In this document: piece by piece, positions 18,715 to 27,547 of the stretch
Numbering within the stretch: position 1 is the first letter of the stretch
Layout of the letters: the number at the start of each line of letters is the position of its first letter
Source of the DNA: Demequina sp.
GTDB lineage: Bacteria > Actinomycetota > Actinomycetes > Actinomycetales > Demequinaceae
Direction: 5' to 3'
Length of the DNA stretch: 64,000 nucleotides
NCBI GenBank assembly: GCA_030148645.1
Contig: JASBTB010000007.1
Location: 12,571-76,570 of the forward strand
Notes under the pieces: model-generated
Databases searched by the model: none
The model's input: the letters and a program-made list of their open reading frames with translations, nothing else
Told to the model about the DNA's origin: nothing
Position numbers and translations under genes: made by a program

Positions 18715-19014
18715 GGGAGCGGTCCGGGTGCACGGTGTCGGTGCGGGGACAGGTGGCTCGCCGCCAGCTGTTCGACAGTGACACGGACGAAGGGGCACCG
18801 CGGCACCGATTGCCGCATATGGTCGAGCCGGTCGTGCGCGGTAAACTGGATGAGGACCTGGCCATCACCAGTTGGCCGAGTCAGCCAGCTCCGAGTCCAG
18901 GCCACAGCTGAGCAGACACCTCGAAGCCGATCCGGGTGTTCTGGCCCATACGGCTAGTTTTGCGGAGATCCTGCCGCGGGGGTTCCTTGTCCTGAGGAAG
19001 AGAGAGCACGAGTC

Positions 19015-19662
19015 ATGGCGCGTCTTGCTGTTCTGGGTGGCACCGGCTATACCGGAGGCCACATTGTCGCCAAGGCGGTGCGGGCGGGGCACCACGTCAC
19101 GTCCTACAGCCGCACGGCCCCGTCCGAACCGGTCGATGAGGTCACGTACCGGACGGGGTCGTTGACGGACGCGGCGATCCGCGAGCACGCAGTGGCCGGG
19201 GCGGATGTCGTGATCGGTGCCCTCGCCCCGCGGGGTGAGCTGGAGGACTCCCTGGCAGGGGTGTACCGGGAGGTGGCCGGCCTGGCCGCGGCCGGTGGGG
19301 TGCGGTTCGGGGTGGTGGGCGGGTTCAGTGCGCTACGGCCGGCGGAGGGGGCTCCGCGGTTCTATGAGTCCGGGGAGCTGCCGCCGGAGTTCGCCGCTGA
19401 GGCCCGGACGATGGGCGCGGTGCTGGACTGGTTGCTCAGCGACGCTCCGCAGGGACTGGATTGGTTCTATGTGAGCCCGGCAGCGAACTACGGCTCCTAT
19501 GTGCCTGGTGAGGAGTTGGGCCGGTACCGGATCGGCGGGGAGGTCGCTCTGTTCGATGCTGAGGGGAAGTCGGCGATCAGCGGACCGGACTTCGCCGCGG
19601 CGATCGTCGCTGAGATCGACACGCCCACCCACCGGCGGGCTCAGTTCTCCGTCGCCTACTGA
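19015..19662 (+). CDS. NAD(P)-dependent oxidoreductase (atypical SDR, NAD(P)H-binding)
   Basis: LAVLGGTGYTGG Rossmann motif; VVGGFSAL, WFYVSPAA, SAISGPDFAAAI. Confidence 0.9.
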   Translation: MARLAVLGGTGYTGGHIVAKAVRAGHHVTSYSRTAPSEPVDEVTYRTGSLTDAAIREHAVAGADVVIGALAPRGELEDSLAGVYREVAGLAAAGGVRFGVVGGFSALRPAEGAPRFYESGELPPEFAAEARTMGAVLDWLLSDAPQGLDWFYVSPAANYGSYVPGEELGRYRIGGEVALFDAEGKSAISGPDFAAAIVAEIDTPTHRRAQFSVAY

Positions 19663-19775
19663 GTTCCTGGGCTCTCGCGGGCTCAGCCGCATGACCGCGC
19701 CGGCCCGGCGATCGTTACCGGGCGGGCACGCTCAGGAGGCCGGGCCTGCCGCACCGTCAGGCACGAGCGCGTGGG

Positions 19776-20441
19776 TCATCGGACGAGAAAGATGAGGATG
19801 GCCAGGCTCGCGGCGGCTGCGGTGAAGTACAGCGCGGCGATCTTGCCGCTGGGCTTGGTGTGACCGGTGGCGTAGCGGTTGTAGAGGGTTTGCAGCCGGG
19901 CTCGGAGGCGGTCTTGGTAGAGCAGGCCGATGATCAGGACCGCGAGGGTCGGCAGGGCGTAGATCGCGGTGTAGCCGATCAGCACGGGCACCGCGGTCTC
20001 GGGGCCGATGCCGGTGTCGATGAGGCGTTCGACGGCCAGGAACATCGGGAACGCGTTAGGGATGTCGCTGATCGTGGCGACCAGACCGAGCGGAAGCGCG
20101 GTCCAGGCGTTCACCCAGGACGGCAGCCCGTACCCGCGCCGGGGGCGCGCGGTGAACCGGCGGACGCCGAGAACGATGAAGACCACCGTGATGATCGTGA
20201 ACAGGATGCGACGCAGCCACAGCGTCAACCCGTCCAGCCAGGTCTCGGCGGCGTTGAGCCCGAAGTAGAGCAGCAGCGTGAAGGTCCCGAACGTCACGAA
20301 CGCCCCGACCGCGTACGCCCACCCGGTGGCCGCGGGCCGCTTGGCGGCCAGCAGGATCACCACGACGATCCAGATCGTGGAGACGTTGACCGAGTCCAGC
20401 AACGCCAAGCCCACCAGGGTGAGCAGCAGCCCCACAGTCAC
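19776..20441 (-). CDS. GAP/Sap-family (peptidoglycolipid-addressing-like) membrane protein
   Basis: GLALLDSVNVSTI, ISDIPNAFPMFLA and Y..IYALP hydrophobic pattern; GTGA overlap with TetR. Confidence 0.7.
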   Translation of the reverse strand: MTVGLLLTLVGLALLDSVNVSTIWIVVVILLAAKRPAATGWAYAVGAFVTFGTFTLLLYFGLNAAETWLDGLTLWLRRILFTIITVVFIVLGVRRFTARPRRGYGLPSWVNAWTALPLGLVATISDIPNAFPMFLAVERLIDTGIGPETAVPVLIGYTAIYALPTLAVLIIGLLYQDRLRARLQTLYNRYATGHTKPSGKIAALYFTAAAASLAILIFLVR

Positions 20442-21031
20442 CGCGGATCACGTGCGCCGCCCCCGCCGGATGTGCCGGGTGCACTGGGGGTCTCGGTCGT
20501 GTAGGCGAGGGTGGTGAGGTGGTTCGCGATCCTGGCCCGCATAGAGGGGTGCAGGGGTGTGGTGAGGGACTCGATGAGCCAGAGCCCGTCGGCGGCCAGG
20601 CGGGCGATGAGCTGGCTCAACTCACCCGGGGAGATGTCTGCATGCTCGGGCAGTGGCGGGGTCCACCGGGCCAGGACCCCGTTCCAGGGGGCGTGCATGG
20701 CGGGGTCGTTGACGGTTTCGAGCATCAGCAACAACTCGGCCCGGGTCGCGCTGTGGGTCGCGACCTGGGCGTAGGCGGCCAGACGCTCAGCATCACTGGC
20801 CCGTTCGGCGGGTTTGCCCGCGGCCTCGGTGAGAGCGGTCTCCCACTGTTCGGCGAGGTGCTCGTGCAGCGCCTGCAGCATGACCTCGCGGGTGCCGAAG
20901 TGATACAGCAGCCCGCCTTTGGTCATGCCCGCGGCCTCGGCCACGGCCTCGAAGGTCACCGCGGTGACCCCGCCGGCCTCGATCACCCCCAGGGCCGCAT
21001 CGAGGATCTCGGTCCGCTTGCTGGGACGCAT
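20438..21031 (-). CDS. TetR family regulator
   Basis: MRPSKRTEILDAALGVIEAGGVTAVTFEAVAEAAGMTKGGLLYHF. Confidence 0.93.
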   Translation of the reverse strand: MRPSKRTEILDAALGVIEAGGVTAVTFEAVAEAAGMTKGGLLYHFGTREVMLQALHEHLAEQWETALTEAAGKPAERASDAERLAAYAQVATHSATRAELLLMLETVNDPAMHAPWNGVLARWTPPLPEHADISPGELSQLIARLAADGLWLIESLTTPLHPSMRARIANHLTTLAYTTETPSAPGTSGGGGARDPR

Positions 21032-21056
21032 AGCCTCTGCCTCCACTCCCGCCCGG

Positions 21057-22559
21057 TCAGTGGTTGCCCGAGAAGGCCTGCGACTGAGTCCCCGGCCCGT
21101 GGTGGCGCAGCAACCGTCCGGTGACCGCGGCCCCGACCGCCAGGACCACGGCGAGGATGATCATCGTGACCAAGAACCCGGTGTCGAAGGCACTGCTCGC
21201 CGCCTCGATGATCGCCCGGTCCCCGCCCGCTGTCGCCAGCGCATCCGACAGGCTCTCGTGCGCACCCTCCGGCGCGCCGGCCGGGAGCCGCACGGTGGTG
21301 GTGTAAACGAAGGTGAGCAGGCTGCCCAACAACGCGACAGCGGTCAGGGACCCGAACTCATACGACACCTCCTCGACCGAGGACGCCATCCCGGCACGGC
21401 GGGCGGGCACATTGCCCACAATCGCGGTCGAGGCCACCGACATCGCCCCACCCAGCCCGGCGCCGGTAACCAGCAGCCCGGCAACCAACACACCGAACAC
21501 GTCGGCCTGCACACCGATGATCACCACGACCACCCCGAGCGAGGCGACCGCAAGGCCCCCGGCGATCAACGGCAGCAGGCCGATCCTGTGCAGGAACGCC
21601 CCGCCCAACAGCGCGGTGGGCAGCGACCCGATCGCGACCGCCGCGACCAGCAGCCCGGCCTCCAGGGGGGTGAAACCCTCCACAAGCTGATACCGCTGGG
21701 TCGTGACCAGCTGGGACCCGCCGATCGCGAACATCGAGAACGCCGCCGCCAGCACCCCGGCGCTGAACGCGGGATTGCGGAAGATCGAGAACTCCAGCAG
21801 CGGCTGCTCCAAGCCCCGCTGACGGCGGACGAACAGCACCGACCCGACCACCGCGGCCACCAAGCCCGCACCAACGATCACCCAGTTCTGCGGGGAATGC
21901 GCGAGCTCCTTGATGAAGAACACCGCACCCACCAGCGCGACCATCGCCTGCAACGACGACACCAGGTCCCACCTCTTGGACGGGTCGGGGTCGTTGGGCG
22001 GTGCGATCAGCACCGCCGCGATCAACGCGGCGATCACCACGGGCACGTTGATCAGGAACACCGAGCCCCACCAGAAGTGCTCCAGCAGCACCCCGCCCAC
22101 GATCGGGCCCAGCGCCGCACCCACCACCGCAAGGCTCCCCCACACCGCGATCGCGAAATTGCGCTCACGCTCAACCTCGAACGAGACCCGGATCAGCGCC
22201 AGCGTGGCCGGCATCATCGCCGCCGCGCCCACCGCCAGCACCGCACGCGCCGCGATCAGCAGACCCGCCGACGGCGCGAACGCCGCCCCCAACGACGCCA
22301 CCCCGAACACCACCAGACCGATCAAAAACATCCGCCGGCGCCCGATCCGGTCCCCCAGCGTGCCCGAGCCCAGCAACAGGCCCGCCATCACCACCGGATA
22401 GGCGTTGATGATCCACAAGCTCTGCGACCCCGACGCCCCCAACTCCTCGGTCAACGTCGGCAACGCCGTATACAGGATCGAGTTGTCCAGAGTGATCAAC
22501 AGCAGCCCCGCCGCCACCGTCACCAGCAGACCCCACCGCTGCCGCTTGCTCAAACTCAC
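21057..22559 (-). CDS. 14-TM DHA2-type MFS efflux pump
   Basis: LITLDNSILYTALP, WIINAYPVVMAGLLL..GTLGDRIGRR, WGSVFLINVP. Confidence 0.93.
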   Translation of the reverse strand: MSLSKRQRWGLLVTVAAGLLLITLDNSILYTALPTLTEELGASGSQSLWIINAYPVVMAGLLLGSGTLGDRIGRRRMFLIGLVVFGVASLGAAFAPSAGLLIAARAVLAVGAAAMMPATLALIRVSFEVERERNFAIAVWGSLAVVGAALGPIVGGVLLEHFWWGSVFLINVPVVIAALIAAVLIAPPNDPDPSKRWDLVSSLQAMVALVGAVFFIKELAHSPQNWVIVGAGLVAAVVGSVLFVRRQRGLEQPLLEFSIFRNPAFSAGVLAAAFSMFAIGGSQLVTTQRYQLVEGFTPLEAGLLVAAVAIGSLPTALLGGAFLHRIGLLPLIAGGLAVASLGVVVVIIGVQADVFGVLVAGLLVTGAGLGGAMSVASTAIVGNVPARRAGMASSVEEVSYEFGSLTAVALLGSLLTFVYTTTVRLPAGAPEGAHESLSDALATAGGDRAIIEAASSAFDTGFLVTMIILAVVLAVGAAVTGRLLRHHGPGTQSQAFSGNH

Positions 22560-22584
22560 GTCATCACACCTTTCCGGAACCGAA

Positions 22585-22638
22585 CTATCACCACCCGTAA
22601 CTATACCATACGTACGATACAGTTACGACTGGTGATAG
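22585..22638. promoter_or_regulatory. Long imperfect palindrome, probable TetR operator upstream of the MFS
   Basis: CTATCACCAcccGTAACT...AGTTACgacTGGTGATAG with central ATACGTAC. Confidence 0.7.
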
Positions 22639-22825
22639 GTGGCCGGGCTCCACACCAGCCTTGAACGCACAACCCGGACCCTCAGAAAGACACCGAAGCG
22701 GACAGCGCGCACGTGCAGCAGTCCCAACAGAGCCTCCCGAGAACCGGCACACCACCCGTCGCAACAGCCGCACCAACGCCCCACCCAGCTGACGCCCCCT
22801 GCACCCCGATGCACACCTGAACAGC

Positions 22826-22873
22826 ATGGATTACGAACGCTTCGAATACTTGCTTACGCCGGTTGGGAGCTGA
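22826..22873 (+). CDS. Putative 15-aa leaderless small ORF MDYERFEYLLTPVGS (copy B), preceded by ICE motif copy 6
   Basis: CACCT at 22814-22818, 7 nt, then ATG; its TGA ends 5 nt before the pilin-like ATG at 22879. Confidence 0.5.
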   Translation: MDYERFEYLLTPVGS

Positions 22874-22878
22874 GCGGC

Positions 22879-23145
22879 ATGGACGTGTTCCCCGACTTCG
22901 ACGGCCTCGGCGGGATCGGTGACCTGCGCGAGGTGATCGGCGCGCTGCTCACCTTCGTCCTGGTGATCGCCGTGTTGATGCTGATCGTCTGTGCCCTCAT
23001 CTGGGCACTCGCCGCCGCCAACGGCAACCACGCTGCCGCGACCAAGGCGCGCGTCGGCGCCTGGACCGCGCTCGGTGCCGCGGTCCTGGCCGGCGGCGGG
23101 GTGGCGTGGCTGAACTGGCTCATCGCCCTGGGTCAGCAACTCTGA
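22879..23145 (+). CDS. Pilin-like (DUF6112 / VirB2-like) membrane protein 1
   Basis: MDVFPDFDGLGGIGDLREVIGALLT...; two hydrophobic helices. Confidence 0.75.
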   Translation: MDVFPDFDGLGGIGDLREVIGALLTFVLVIAVLMLIVCALIWALAAANGNHAAATKARVGAWTALGAAVLAGGGVAWLNWLIALGQQL

Positions 23146-23203
23146 CCCCTTGCCCGTCCTCGAACCTTCGCGCCGCGCGGCGCCGGGTTCTTAAGACTGT
23201 GGA

Positions 23204-23226
23204 GCGGGCGGTGCACCTGACCGACG
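23204..23226 (+). promoter_or_regulatory. ICE motif copy 7 (GGGCGGTGCACCTGACCGAC-G)
   Basis: GTGCACCTG at 23211-23219; followed by a hairpin-rich leader and AGGAG before 23282. Confidence 0.5.
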
Positions 23227-23281
23227 AACCCATCCGCGTTCCCCGCCCTCCGGGGCGGGTCCGTTCGTCAGGAGACCCACC

Positions 23282-23602
23282 GTGTTCGATCTCATCACCA
23301 CCGTCCTGGCCGCACCCGCACTGGTGCCGATGGACATCAACATCGACCCCAACGATTCCGGTCTTCCCGGGATCGCCCAGCTGCGCACCATCGTCGGCGC
23401 GGTCATGACCATCGGCCTGATCCTGTCCGTCCTCGCCCTGATCATCTCGGCGATCGTGTGGGGCTTCGGCGCCAACTCCTCCAATCCACATCTGGCCGGC
23501 CGGGGGAAGGTGGGCGTCCTCGTCTCCTGTGGCGCCGCGGTGATCTGCGGCGCGTCGGTGACGTTGATCAACTTCTTCTGGGACGTCGGCCAGCAGGTCT
23601 GA
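23282..23602 (+). CDS. Pilin-like (DUF6112 / VirB2-like) membrane protein 2
   Basis: IDPNDSGLPGIAQLRTIVGAVMTIGLILSVLALIISAIVWGFG...GKVGVLVSCGAAVICG; paralogous to 22879. Confidence 0.8.
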   Translation: MFDLITTVLAAPALVPMDINIDPNDSGLPGIAQLRTIVGAVMTIGLILSVLALIISAIVWGFGANSSNPHLAGRGKVGVLVSCGAAVICGASVTLINFFWDVGQQV

Positions 23603-23633
23603 CCCCACCCTCTCCATCAACTCGATCTGAGGA

Positions 23634-25118
23634 GTGATTGCGGTGGGTGTGTGCGATGTTCCCATCATCTCGACCCTGTGCGACACCGCCGGCGAAGCAG
23701 CGGCCTCGCTGGTGGCGGCGCCGTTCGACTGGCTCGCCCAAGCAATGGGCGCTGCCGCCGGTTGGCTGTTCGAAGCCGTGTGGACGGTGTTCGACACCAC
23801 CACCTTGGTGGATGTCACCCGGCCCGAGTACGTAGCGGTCTACAACATCTTGTTCGGCATCGCGGTGTTCGTGATGCTGATCTTCTTCTGTCTCCAACTC
23901 ATCACCGGTCTGATCCGCCGCGACCCCACCGCCCTGGGTAGGGCTGCGCTCGGTCTGGCGAAGTCCGTGCTCGGCAGCTTCGTCGTCATCACCCTGACGG
24001 CGTTGTTGCTGGAGATCGTGGATCAGTTGTGCGTCGGGATCATCCAGGCCGCCGGGGAGACCACCGAGTCGATGGGCGACAAGATCACCCTGCTGGCCGC
24101 GGGACTGGTCGGCATCAACATCGCCGCGCCCGGGGTGGGCGCGATCATCACGATCTTCCTCGCCGGCCTGGCCATCAGCGCGGCCGCGATCGTGTGGCTC
24201 TCCCTGCTCGTGCGGAAGGCGCTGCTGTTGGTGGCGATCGTGCTCGCACCCCTGGCGTTCTCCGGCGCGTCCTGGGATGCCACGCGGGGGTGGATCGGCA
24301 AGTGGGCGATGTTCGTCATCGCCCTGATCTGTTCCAAGCTGGTCCTGGTCGTGATGTTCCTCGTCGCCGTCACCCAGGTGGCCGCGCCGATCGATGGCGA
24401 TCTGTCCTCGGTCAGCGATCCGATTGCCGGGATCGTGCTGATGGCGATGGCCGCGTTCGCCCCGTATCTGACGTACAAGTTCCTGTCGTTTGTGGGCTTC
24501 GACATGTACCACGCGATCGGGTCCGAGCAGGACGCGAAGAGCGCCCTCAACCGGCCCATCCCGACACCGATGAAACCGGCCGGTGACGGCCCGCAGAAGG
24601 TCCTCGACGGAGGCAACAGCGGCAGCGGCGGGGGCGGCAACAGCGGTGGCGGCGGTGGGAGTGGGAGCGGTGGGAAGACCCCGCCTCAGCCGAAGAGTCC
24701 GACACCCCAGGCCGCGGGGAGCACTGCCGGGGCAGGCGGAGGGAAAGCCGCCGCCGCAGGCGGCGGGTCCGCCGGCGCGAGCGGCACAGCCGGAGCTGGT
24801 GCAGGTGCTGGTGCCGGGGCTGCGGTGGCTGGTCCGGCTGCAGCGGCGGTGGTCGCCGCGAAGGTCGCCAAGGACGCCGCCACCGCCGGCCCCAAGGCCG
24901 GCACCGCCCTCGGCAGCCAGGGCGAGACCGCCGCCGACGCCGCCGGGCAAACCGGCAGCGCCCCACCGCCATCACAGGCGCCCCCGCCATCGAACCTCAC
25001 GCCCAAGCCGTCGTCCACGTCGGCACCCGTGGCACCGTCGACCGGTCCCTCCCAGCCGGAGCCGCGCCCGCCGAAGCTGCCACCACCACCGGCGCCGAAG
25101 CCCACTGGGAAGGAGTGA
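23634..25118 (+). CDS. TrbL/VirB6-like polytopic membrane protein with a Gly/Ala/Pro-rich tail (start may be GTG 23643)
   Basis: Multiple TM segments, LLVRKALLLVAIVLAPLAF, low-complexity C-terminus. Confidence 0.85.
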   Translation: MIAVGVCDVPIISTLCDTAGEAAASLVAAPFDWLAQAMGAAAGWLFEAVWTVFDTTTLVDVTRPEYVAVYNILFGIAVFVMLIFFCLQLITGLIRRDPTALGRAALGLAKSVLGSFVVITLTALLLEIVDQLCVGIIQAAGETTESMGDKITLLAAGLVGINIAAPGVGAIITIFLAGLAISAAAIVWLSLLVRKALLLVAIVLAPLAFSGASWDATRGWIGKWAMFVIALICSKLVLVVMFLVAVTQVAAPIDGDLSSVSDPIAGIVLMAMAAFAPYLTYKFLSFVGFDMYHAIGSEQDAKSALNRPIPTPMKPAGDGPQKVLDGGNSGSGGGGNSGGGGGSGSGGKTPPQPKSPTPQAAGSTAGAGGGKAAAAGGGSAGASGTAGAGAGAGAGAAVAGPAAAAVVAAKVAKDAATAGPKAGTALGSQGETAADAAGQTGSAPPPSQAPPPSNLTPKPSSTSAPVAPSTGPSQPEPRPPKLPPPPAPKPTGKE

Positions 25119-25125
25119 GACGGCC

Positions 25126-26589
25126 ATGACCTCGAAGCAGAACGAGCCCTCGACCGCGCTGGTGCCGGTCAAGTTCTCCCGCTTGACTCGCCGCGGCATC
25201 CTCCTCGGCCTCTCCTTATCCCAACTCATCACCCTCGCCACCGGTGTCCTTTCGGTCGTAGTCGCGCTCTATGCAGGCGGCGGCATCCTGCTGGCCTACA
25301 CCGCGCCCGCCTGGGTACTCTCCGCCGCCCTGACGTGGGTACCGGTCGCCGGGCGCCCGGCAGTCGAGTGGCTGCCGGTCACGTTCTGGTGGGTATGGCG
25401 TTCCACCGGCGGCCAGCTCCTGTACCGGCGCAGGATCGTTGTCCCGCGGCCGGCCGGCACGCTCGCGTTGCCCGGCGATATGGCGCGCTTGCGGGAGTAC
25501 ACCGACCCCCAGACCGGGGCCGGGATGATCCACGACCCCACCGCCGCCACCCTCACCGTCGTCTGTGAGGTGACCCATCCCGCGTTCGTACTGCTCGATC
25601 CCGGCGAGCAGGAACGCCGCGTCACCTCGTGGGGCCGCGTGCTGGCCACGGTCTGCCGCTCCGGGCGGATCGCCACCCTCCAGGTGCTGGAACGCACCCT
25701 GCCGGACTCGGGCACCGGACTGGCCGAATGGTGGGCCAGCCACGGCACCCACGATGACACGTGGGCCGCGATCACCTACGCCGAACTCATCGACCGAGCC
25801 GGTCCCGCCGGGGAACGCCACGCCACCACCCTGTCCCTGAGCCTGGACATGAAGACCAGCGCGCGGCAGATCAGGACCGCCGGCGGCGGCATCCGCGGCG
25901 CCGCCGCCGTGCTGCGACAGGAGATGTCCACCCTCACCTCGGCGCTGCGCTCAGCCGACCTGACCCCATCAGGCTGGCTGACCCCCGGACAGATCGCCGT
26001 CATCCTCCGCGGCACGTACGACCCAGCGGTCGCCGCGACCCTGGAACGCCACGGCGAACTCGGCCAGCACCTCGCCACCGCCGGGCCGGTGGCCGTCAAC
26101 GAGTCCTGGACACGCCTGCGCACAGACTCCGCCTACCACGCCGTTCTGTGGATCAGCGAGTGGCCCCGCTCCATGGTCTACCCCGGCTTCCTGTCCCCGG
26201 TGCTGCTCTCCACCGGCATCCAGCGCTCATTTTCGCTGCTGTGCACGCCGATGCGCTCGGACCAGGCGGCCCGGGACATCCGCAAGAAGAAGGTCGAACA
26301 CATCAGTGACGCCGCCCAACGCGCCAAGATCGGGCAGATCGAAGACGCCGCCCACACCGCCGAATACCACGACGTCCTCCAGCAGGAAGCCGACCTGACC
26401 GCCGGCCACGGCGTGCTGCGCTACACCGGCCTCATCAGCGTCTCCGCACCCACCGTCGACGAACTCGACGCCGCCGTGGCCGCGATCGAACAAGCCGCCA
26501 TCCAAGCCTCCTGCGAGACCCGGCTGCTGGTCGGCCAGCAGGCCGCGGCGTTCACCGCCGCCGCGTTGCCGCTGTGCCGCCACATCTGA
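25126..26589 (+). CDS. PrgI / SCO6880-like conjugation protein
   Basis: VKFSRLTRRGILLGLS...two TMs...LWISEWPR; AAGGAG upstream; lies between VirB6 and VirB4. Confidence 0.8.
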   Translation: MTSKQNEPSTALVPVKFSRLTRRGILLGLSLSQLITLATGVLSVVVALYAGGGILLAYTAPAWVLSAALTWVPVAGRPAVEWLPVTFWWVWRSTGGQLLYRRRIVVPRPAGTLALPGDMARLREYTDPQTGAGMIHDPTAATLTVVCEVTHPAFVLLDPGEQERRVTSWGRVLATVCRSGRIATLQVLERTLPDSGTGLAEWWASHGTHDDTWAAITYAELIDRAGPAGERHATTLSLSLDMKTSARQIRTAGGGIRGAAAVLRQEMSTLTSALRSADLTPSGWLTPGQIAVILRGTYDPAVAATLERHGELGQHLATAGPVAVNESWTRLRTDSAYHAVLWISEWPRSMVYPGFLSPVLLSTGIQRSFSLLCTPMRSDQAARDIRKKKVEHISDAAQRAKIGQIEDAAHTAEYHDVLQQEADLTAGHGVLRYTGLISVSAPTVDELDAAVAAIEQAAIQASCETRLLVGQQAAAFTAAALPLCRHI

Positions 26590-26618
26590 CCCAGCCCACG
26601 GCGGGGCTCACGGTGGGG

Positions 26619-26640
26619 GCGTGCGTGCACCTGACAGGCG
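26619..26640 (+). promoter_or_regulatory. ICE motif copy 8 (GCGTGCACCTGACAGGC-G)
   Basis: GTGCACCTG at 26625-26633; followed by hairpin AACCCCGG-gtg-CCGGGGTT and AGGAG. Confidence 0.5.
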
Positions 26641-26686
26641 AACCCCGGGTGCCGGGGTTGTCCGTTCTCGCCCACAGGAGACGCTC

Positions 26687-27547
26687 ATGCCCACGTTCCA
26701 TGACCCGCTCAAAGATGCCGCTGAAGCATCCGAAGCGCTGCGCGGCCTCGCGCACGCCAGCCGGGTCTTCGACGATCCCGCCGACACGTACGTGGTGTTC
26801 GGTGACCTCGTGGCCGGCGTCCGGTCGCTGCGGCAGGTTCTCGACCAGCTCGCCAACACGCATCTGAGCCACCGCGACCGTGCCCACAATGACGACGGCG
26901 ATCACCTCGCAGGATCGGACAGCGTGTTCGCTGCCGCCGACGAGCTGCACCACGCCGGCACCCTGCTCGACCAGGCCCAGGACCGCCTCGATGCCGCGTT
27001 CTCCCATTCGGGGCGGATCGCCTGGCACCCCGAGCCCGCTATCTCAACTGAGGTCCTCGCCGAGGACGCAGAGCGTCGGTGGGTCTCCGTGGTGTTCCTC
27101 CAGGGCGAGGAGGCCGAGGAGGTGCTGGCCCTGATTGACCGCGAGGGCACCGACACCGCGATCACCCACCTCGCTCAGTGGGACTTCGGGGAGGAGACCA
27201 CCGACGCCGCCATGGAGAACGGCTACGTCTACGACGCACCCCCGACCGGCGCCCTCGACCGGGTCGCGACCGAGGGCGCCTACGCCCTGACCTACAACCC
27301 GGCCATGGGGCACGTCAGCCTGCTGCGCCAGCACACCGTCCCACCCGATCTAGCCTTGGATGACGCCGAGGTGGTGCCCGTCCGTGAAGCCATCGCCGGC
27401 GTCGGTCCCCTCGACACGAGCACACCTGCCGCCACGCCCGTCACGACGCGGGAGGGGCCGCTGCGGACATCTCCCGCGACGAAGGAGGACTGGTTCGTCG
27501 GACCCGCCCGCACCGCTGGATCGACAGGACTGGGGCTGTCCCGATGA
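26687..27547 (+). CDS. Hypothetical protein between PrgI and VirB4
   Basis: AGGAG before ATG 26687; ATGA overlap with VirB4. Confidence 0.7.
   Translation: MPTFHDPLKDAAEASEALRGLAHASRVFDDPADTYVVFGDLVAGVRSLRQVLDQLANTHLSHRDRAHNDDGDHLAGSDSVFAAADELHHAGTLLDQAQDRLDAAFSHSGRIAWHPEPAISTEVLAEDAERRWVSVVFLQGEEAEEVLALIDREGTDTAITHLAQWDFGEETTDAAMENGYVYDAPPTGALDRVATEGAYALTYNPAMGHVSLLRQHTVPPDLALDDAEVVPVREAIAGVGPLDTSTPAATPVTTREGPLRTSPATKEDWFVGPARTAGSTGLGLSR

Noticed and set aside
24600-25118. GGC/GCC/CCA-rich repeats
   Set aside because: Coding low-complexity Gly/Ala/Pro tail of the VirB6-like protein, common in this family
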